From Oikopleura dioica (taxonomy: Eukaryota > Animalia > Chordata): a stretch of DNA of 64,000 nucleotides. Under the pieces are notes generated by a model, which saw only the letters and a program-made list of their open reading frames with translations, did no database searches and was not told where the DNA came from. Below, piece by piece: positions 59,915 to 64,000 of the stretch (its first letter is position 1; each line of letters opens with the position of its first letter). The position numbers and the translations under genes were made by a program. Location: NCBI GenBank assembly GCA_907165135.1, contig OU015568.1, positions 5,208,001-5,272,000 on the forward strand. The letters run 5' to 3'.

Positions 59915-60016
59915 AACCTGTGTAGAAACCTGAGTCAGGGCTCTGAAATGGCAAAGACAGAAAGCTCCATAAAACTTTAGCCCTTTTAGGACCCTGAGTC
60001 AGGTTTCAACACAGGG
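59915..60016. mobile_element. CCTGASTCAGG-family element
   Basis: aacctgtgtagaaacctgagtcagggc ... gaccctgagtcaggtttcaacacaggg. Confidence 0.78.
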
Positions 60017-60367
60017 TCCCAAAACAGGAAGCCCAGGTCATCAGTTGGGCATCAAAAAAAACCTTGAATTTCCAACTCCTATTGCCTCAAAATTCACCTT
60101 GATCCGGAAATATCGCGCACTAATTACGCAACACCAGCGAGTCGGAAAAAATCTAGGAAGGACTCGATTTTTCGCGGCGGGCGGAAGTTGGCACTGATCC
60201 CACCTTTGACACTTTTCCCGGTTTTTGCAATTTCCGACGCCTGTGAAACACAATAAAAAACACACATGAAAAAAGTGAAAAAGCGAAAGTCAACTCTGTC
60301 AAGTTTTACGGCGTTCGCAGATTTTCCACTTCCGAAAAAAAATTAACGGAAAAACTTTTATTTTTGT

Positions 60368-60631
60368 TTATTCGCATTCTTGAATGATTTCAGAAATGGG
60401 GCCAGGCTCGAACTTCGACTTTCTCGGGACCGTCGCGACCACTTCTTCATCGTCCTTGTTGTGTGCCCTCCAGACTTTCTTCCCAAAGTAGCAGCAGCAG
60501 CACCAGATCATCACGATCCAAGCAATCACGCAACTCACCGCGGTCATGAAGGCTTTTTTCTGGTAAAAGGGGATGGTGTAGCCATCGACTCCCTGATCCT
60601 GGCTTTTTCCGCCATCGAAGCCCGTCGTCAT
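60368..60631 (-). CDS. Intronless 87-aa single-pass membrane protein with juxtamembrane Cys cluster
   Basis: MTTGFDGGKSQDQGVDGYTIPFYQKKAFMTAVSCVIAWIVMIWCCCCYFGKKVWRAHNKDDEEVVATVPRKSKFEPGPISEIIQECE-stop; ATG preceded by an A-rich leader. Confidence 0.7.
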   Translation of the reverse strand: MTTGFDGGKSQDQGVDGYTIPFYQKKAFMTAVSCVIAWIVMIWCCCCYFGKKVWRAHNKDDEEVVATVPRKSKFEPGPISEIIQECE

Positions 60632-61953
60632 TTTTTTCTCTTTTTTTTTTCTTGTGTTCTTGAGTTTTACTTTGTCATAAGGAGGACGAGATTGCGACCA
60701 AGGGATTTCTCGTGACATTTTTATTTGATCCGGTTTTATTCACTTTTATGGCAAAAACGAAAGAAGAAAATTTGCTCTTACTCCGGTTTTAGATCATTTG
60801 TAAAAAAGTAAGAGCTTTTTTTCTTCGATAAAAATAATATTTTGGATACTTAAAAATTCCCCGATGACCACAAAGCCTTCCTCCGCTCCAAGGTCATTGT
60901 CTAATTCCCGTCTTACGCAAAAAAGCCGCGAGTGGAATTAGCGCAAAAATTCTACATTTCAAAAAGCGCGCCGTTTCTCAAGGTTCAAATTGGGCGCCGA
61001 AGCGGCTCGAGTGCAATTTGAGTACTTGACCATTTTTTTTCGAGCTAATTCTAATAAGCAATTTGATAATAAGTACAGGCGAGGTGGTGATGTAATCTCA
61101 CCTGCTTCCGAAAGGGGGAAAATTGCGATTAGTGGGGAGAGAGAGGGGATTAAGGGGTAGCGCCGAGGAAATGCGGTAAGGGGATCAAGGCTGATTAGGG
61201 CCATTAAAATTTTCAAGGAAATATCACGAGATGCATTTTTTCAAAACTCTTAAAAAAAGGATTTTGCCTGCTCGATACCCTTAAAAACAGGAGATATTCA
61301 ATGAAAGCTTAACTTGTCCGTCAAAAAAAATTTCTTCCGAAAATCATGAGAAAAATTGCCCTAATCAGCCTAATTAGCAGCTTATCACCCCATTTATCGC
61401 CCCCTTTATTTATGGGAAATCCCCTTACCGCTTTCGATTTCCCGGTAATTTGCCCGCCCCGACTTCCGGTTATTACACAATCTCTCGCCTTGTAAACCGC
61501 CAGATTTTGTTTACCCTTATCTCATCCTTTTTCTCTTCTTTCCCAGCTGGAGCTTAAGTTTTAAGTCTCAAGAAAGAGGAGTGAAAGGTTTTGACATTTT
61601 TGAAGGAGGGTACCGCCTTGAAACTCTTAAATCCTCACCTGATATTTAGGGGAGGTTGCATAAGTTGTATATTTAGGGAGAGAGCGCCTTAAGCAGCTGG
61701 GAAAGAAAGGGGATCACAAATTGCATAAGCAAAAAAGCTCAAGTTTGATCAAGTTTGGGAGAGAACTTGAAAGGGATAGAAAAATTTAATAAAAATACAG
61801 CCGGAGAAGAAAAGAGAGATAACGAAATTTTAAGGGTATCTCGTCGTTAACCCCGATTTTCGAGCGGGCTTTTCTGCCGAGGTTTCATTATAAAAGCCTT
61901 ATTCTTTAAGTAAATCTGCCTCCTTTCAACCTTTTTTTCTCAATTCAGGCTCA

Positions 61954-62283
61954 TTAAACCCCCCTCAAGTCTGGCTCATTGTCAGTCTTGAAAAAACAGA
62001 GGCTCATGAAAACAGAAAACCAGAGAAGTCCGAGTTTGAGGGGATACTCATCTTTTTGAAACTCATATTCGTACCACTCGAGACCACTTCTCAATAAACT
62101 CTTCATCCCTTTTTGCGCTGAAAAAAGGACAATTCTTCTTTCAATATTTTGGGCAGGCAAAACTCATAAAGCAGATGTTTGAAAACATCGCACAAGGGGT
62201 CAGTGAACACACAGCTGAGAAGAAGAAGAAATAGTGGAAGCGAGACACGTGACCATTTTATTTGAGAATTGTTGCTCGGCCAT
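61954..62283 (-). CDS. Possible small membrane protein
   Basis: MAEQQFSNKM|LCSLTPCAMFSNICFM|TQKGMKSLLRSGLEWYEYEFQKDEYPLKLGLLWFSVFMSLCFFKTDNEPDLRGV-stop using two short GT-AG introns. Confidence 0.35.
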
Positions 62284-62849
62284 GGGAAACAAGGAAAGAG
62301 CAATTATTGAATATTGAAAAAGCTCGGTCGACAAGTTTTTGGACAAAATTGAACAGCTGAAAAATCGAGTCGGAAAAGAGGGATGATTTGAGATCGTCAT
62401 TTTCCCGTAATGATGCGATTTTGCAACATAAAAGGTGCTGAAATCAAACAAAATCCTCCTTTTTTCGCCGCGCGGAATGGATTTTCTCTCCAAATATCGT
62501 ATTTTTCGCTGACCGGATGGACCTACTTTTGATCGGCCCCTCGAGTTTTGACGGATTAGCCAATTGATCATCCCTTTTTTGACAAATTTGAAATTTGGAA
62601 ACTCAGAAGGCAAAAAAATACCGAGGCATCAAACGCGGGGAAAAAGACACTTGAAAATACTTTTGGATTAGGGGAGCTACTGAGATAGAAAGAGGGGAGC
62701 ACCTGCAGAAATACACAACTTCGAGACAGGAAAATAATGAAGAGGGGGTATCAAAGGCAAATTAGATGGATCAAAGAGCAGTTTTAAAACCAGTTAGTTT
62801 CTATCAAAAATGATCCGAGAATTAAGGGACCCCCCATCGTTATTCTGAA

Positions 62850-62996
62850 GGTGCCTGGAACCGACATAAAAATTCGACAAATTATGCATGTGCGGCTACT
62901 CGACTGTTGATTGGTCAGTTTGCCGAATCCGTGCTTCTGATTGGTTGAAAATTTCAACGCAAAATTTGTCGGAATTTTTTGTCGGTTTCTGACAAC
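62850..62996. mobile_element. ~150-bp MITE (copy 2 of 3714-3865)
   Basis: ggaaccgacataaaaattcgacaaatt ... ctgattggttgaaaatttcaacgcaaaatttgtcggaattttttgtcggtttctgac. Confidence 0.75.
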
Positions 62997-63181
62997 ATCC
63001 CAATTTTTCGAGTCAAAAAAAAATTTTTTGAGTCAAAATTACAAAAAAATTCATCGTTTAAGTTGTCGAAAAATATTTTCTTCGGATTTTTTGTGTATTT
63101 CTTGAGAGCCCAAACAAACCCCTTTCCTCGGAAATGAGTGACATAATCACATGCAAATAAAATATTTTGGCACTCGGCGAT

Positions 63182-63400
63182 TCAGGAAGGGTTTCGCTCG
63201 AATTTGCCTAAAACTTCTTTTTCGACATGATTTGGGATTATTGAAAAGTGCTCAAGTATAATCCAGTTCAGCCTCCGCCGAGCTGCAAGAATCTGTCGAA
63301 AAGGCGCGAATTTCGCAAGCATCGCTGATTTTACCAAGTCGAAGGCGAGTTTCAAACGAAATCTTTTAGTAGCCTTGATGTTAGTTATTTCAAACAGATT
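63182..63400 (-). CDS. Possible last exon of a gene extending off the window
   Basis: Open segment IKATKRFRLKLAFDLVKSAMLAKFAPFRQILAARRRLNWIILEHFSIIPNHVEKEVLGKFERNPS-stop. Confidence 0.3.
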   Translation of the reverse strand, partial: NLFEITNIKATKRFRLKLAFDLVKSAMLAKFAPFRQILAARRRLNWIILEHFSIIPNHVEKEVLGKFERNPS

Positions 63401-64000
63401 CCAAACTTGACAGGGGAAATAATTCATTTGAAGAAATCTTTAAATCAAAAGCTTCAAGCTACGATGCTCGAGAAGATGGTCGATTTTTCGGTCGGATTGG
63501 TCGAAAAGTGAACCCTAACTTTAATAAAAATTATGTCGATTAAAAATAATGAAACTTGTCATAATTATTTTTTACTAATTTCTTTGATTTTCTGCCTTTT
63601 TAATCGAATTTTTAGCATGAATTCAAAGTTAAAAAATATCATTTGAGCCAAAAACTGCGATTTTGTCTGGCGAGCTTATTTATTTCCGAATATAAAGACC
63701 ATAATATATTTGAAAATTTGAGAAAGCTGCATTTTACATACTGAAATTTATCGACAAGCGCAAATTATCAGAATTATCTCGAGGTTCTTGTTCATCTTGA
63801 TTTTCTTTATCATTGATAAACTATCAATCTATTAGCAAAAATAACCCATGCGCTGGCGCCGCGCCATCGAGTGGCCAAAGATGGCGCTCCCGAGAAGAAA
63901 AAAGTTTTCAGCTCGGTGGCAGCGCGCCAACGACGTTCACTTGGATTACTTTGACCTAATCTTAACTTGAATTTTTACGTTCACCTAATTTTTCTATTTT

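Noticed and set aside
1-64000. Autonomous transposon, retroelement, rRNA or SL-RNA gene
   Set aside because: I recognised no DDE transposase, RT, integrase, rRNA or spliced-leader sequence by eye; a profile search could still find degraded remnants.

Overview
AT-rich, compact eukaryotic (animal) DNA. It has many very short introns (about 30-60 nt) and several GA-AG and GC-AG introns, which is most consistent with the appendicularian tunicate Oikopleura dioica (inference, not proven). Most ORFs in the supplied track are exon fragments or antisense shadows, so I reassembled genes by hand across splice sites. Well supported: a tRNA-Ser(AGA); a secreted GH31 enzyme that aligns end to end with bacterial sulfoquinovosidase YihQ and keeps both catalytic Asp and the QQRWY sulfonate-recognition residues (28858-~34630); an SLC22-like transporter; a secreted Cys-rich/Sushi/VWA matrix protein; a His-rich polytopic membrane protein of an uncharacterised family I recall from bacteria; a tandem pair of RING/zinc-finger/coiled-coil/RING genes; and a tandem pair of unknown genes. 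In both tandem pairs one copy has introns the other lacks. One of these introns is an intact hAT-like TIR element with a target-site duplication that supplies its own splice donor (intron gain by transposon). Non-coding DNA is packed with palindromic MITE-like elements: TGASTCA/AP-1-site-bearing, TTAA-CCC piggyBac-like, hAT-like and long foldbacks. A TAAGGGT/ACCCTTA motif is strongly over-represented. I recognised no transposase, reverse transcriptase, rRNA or CRISPR array. Exon boundaries are manual and approximate unless stated.
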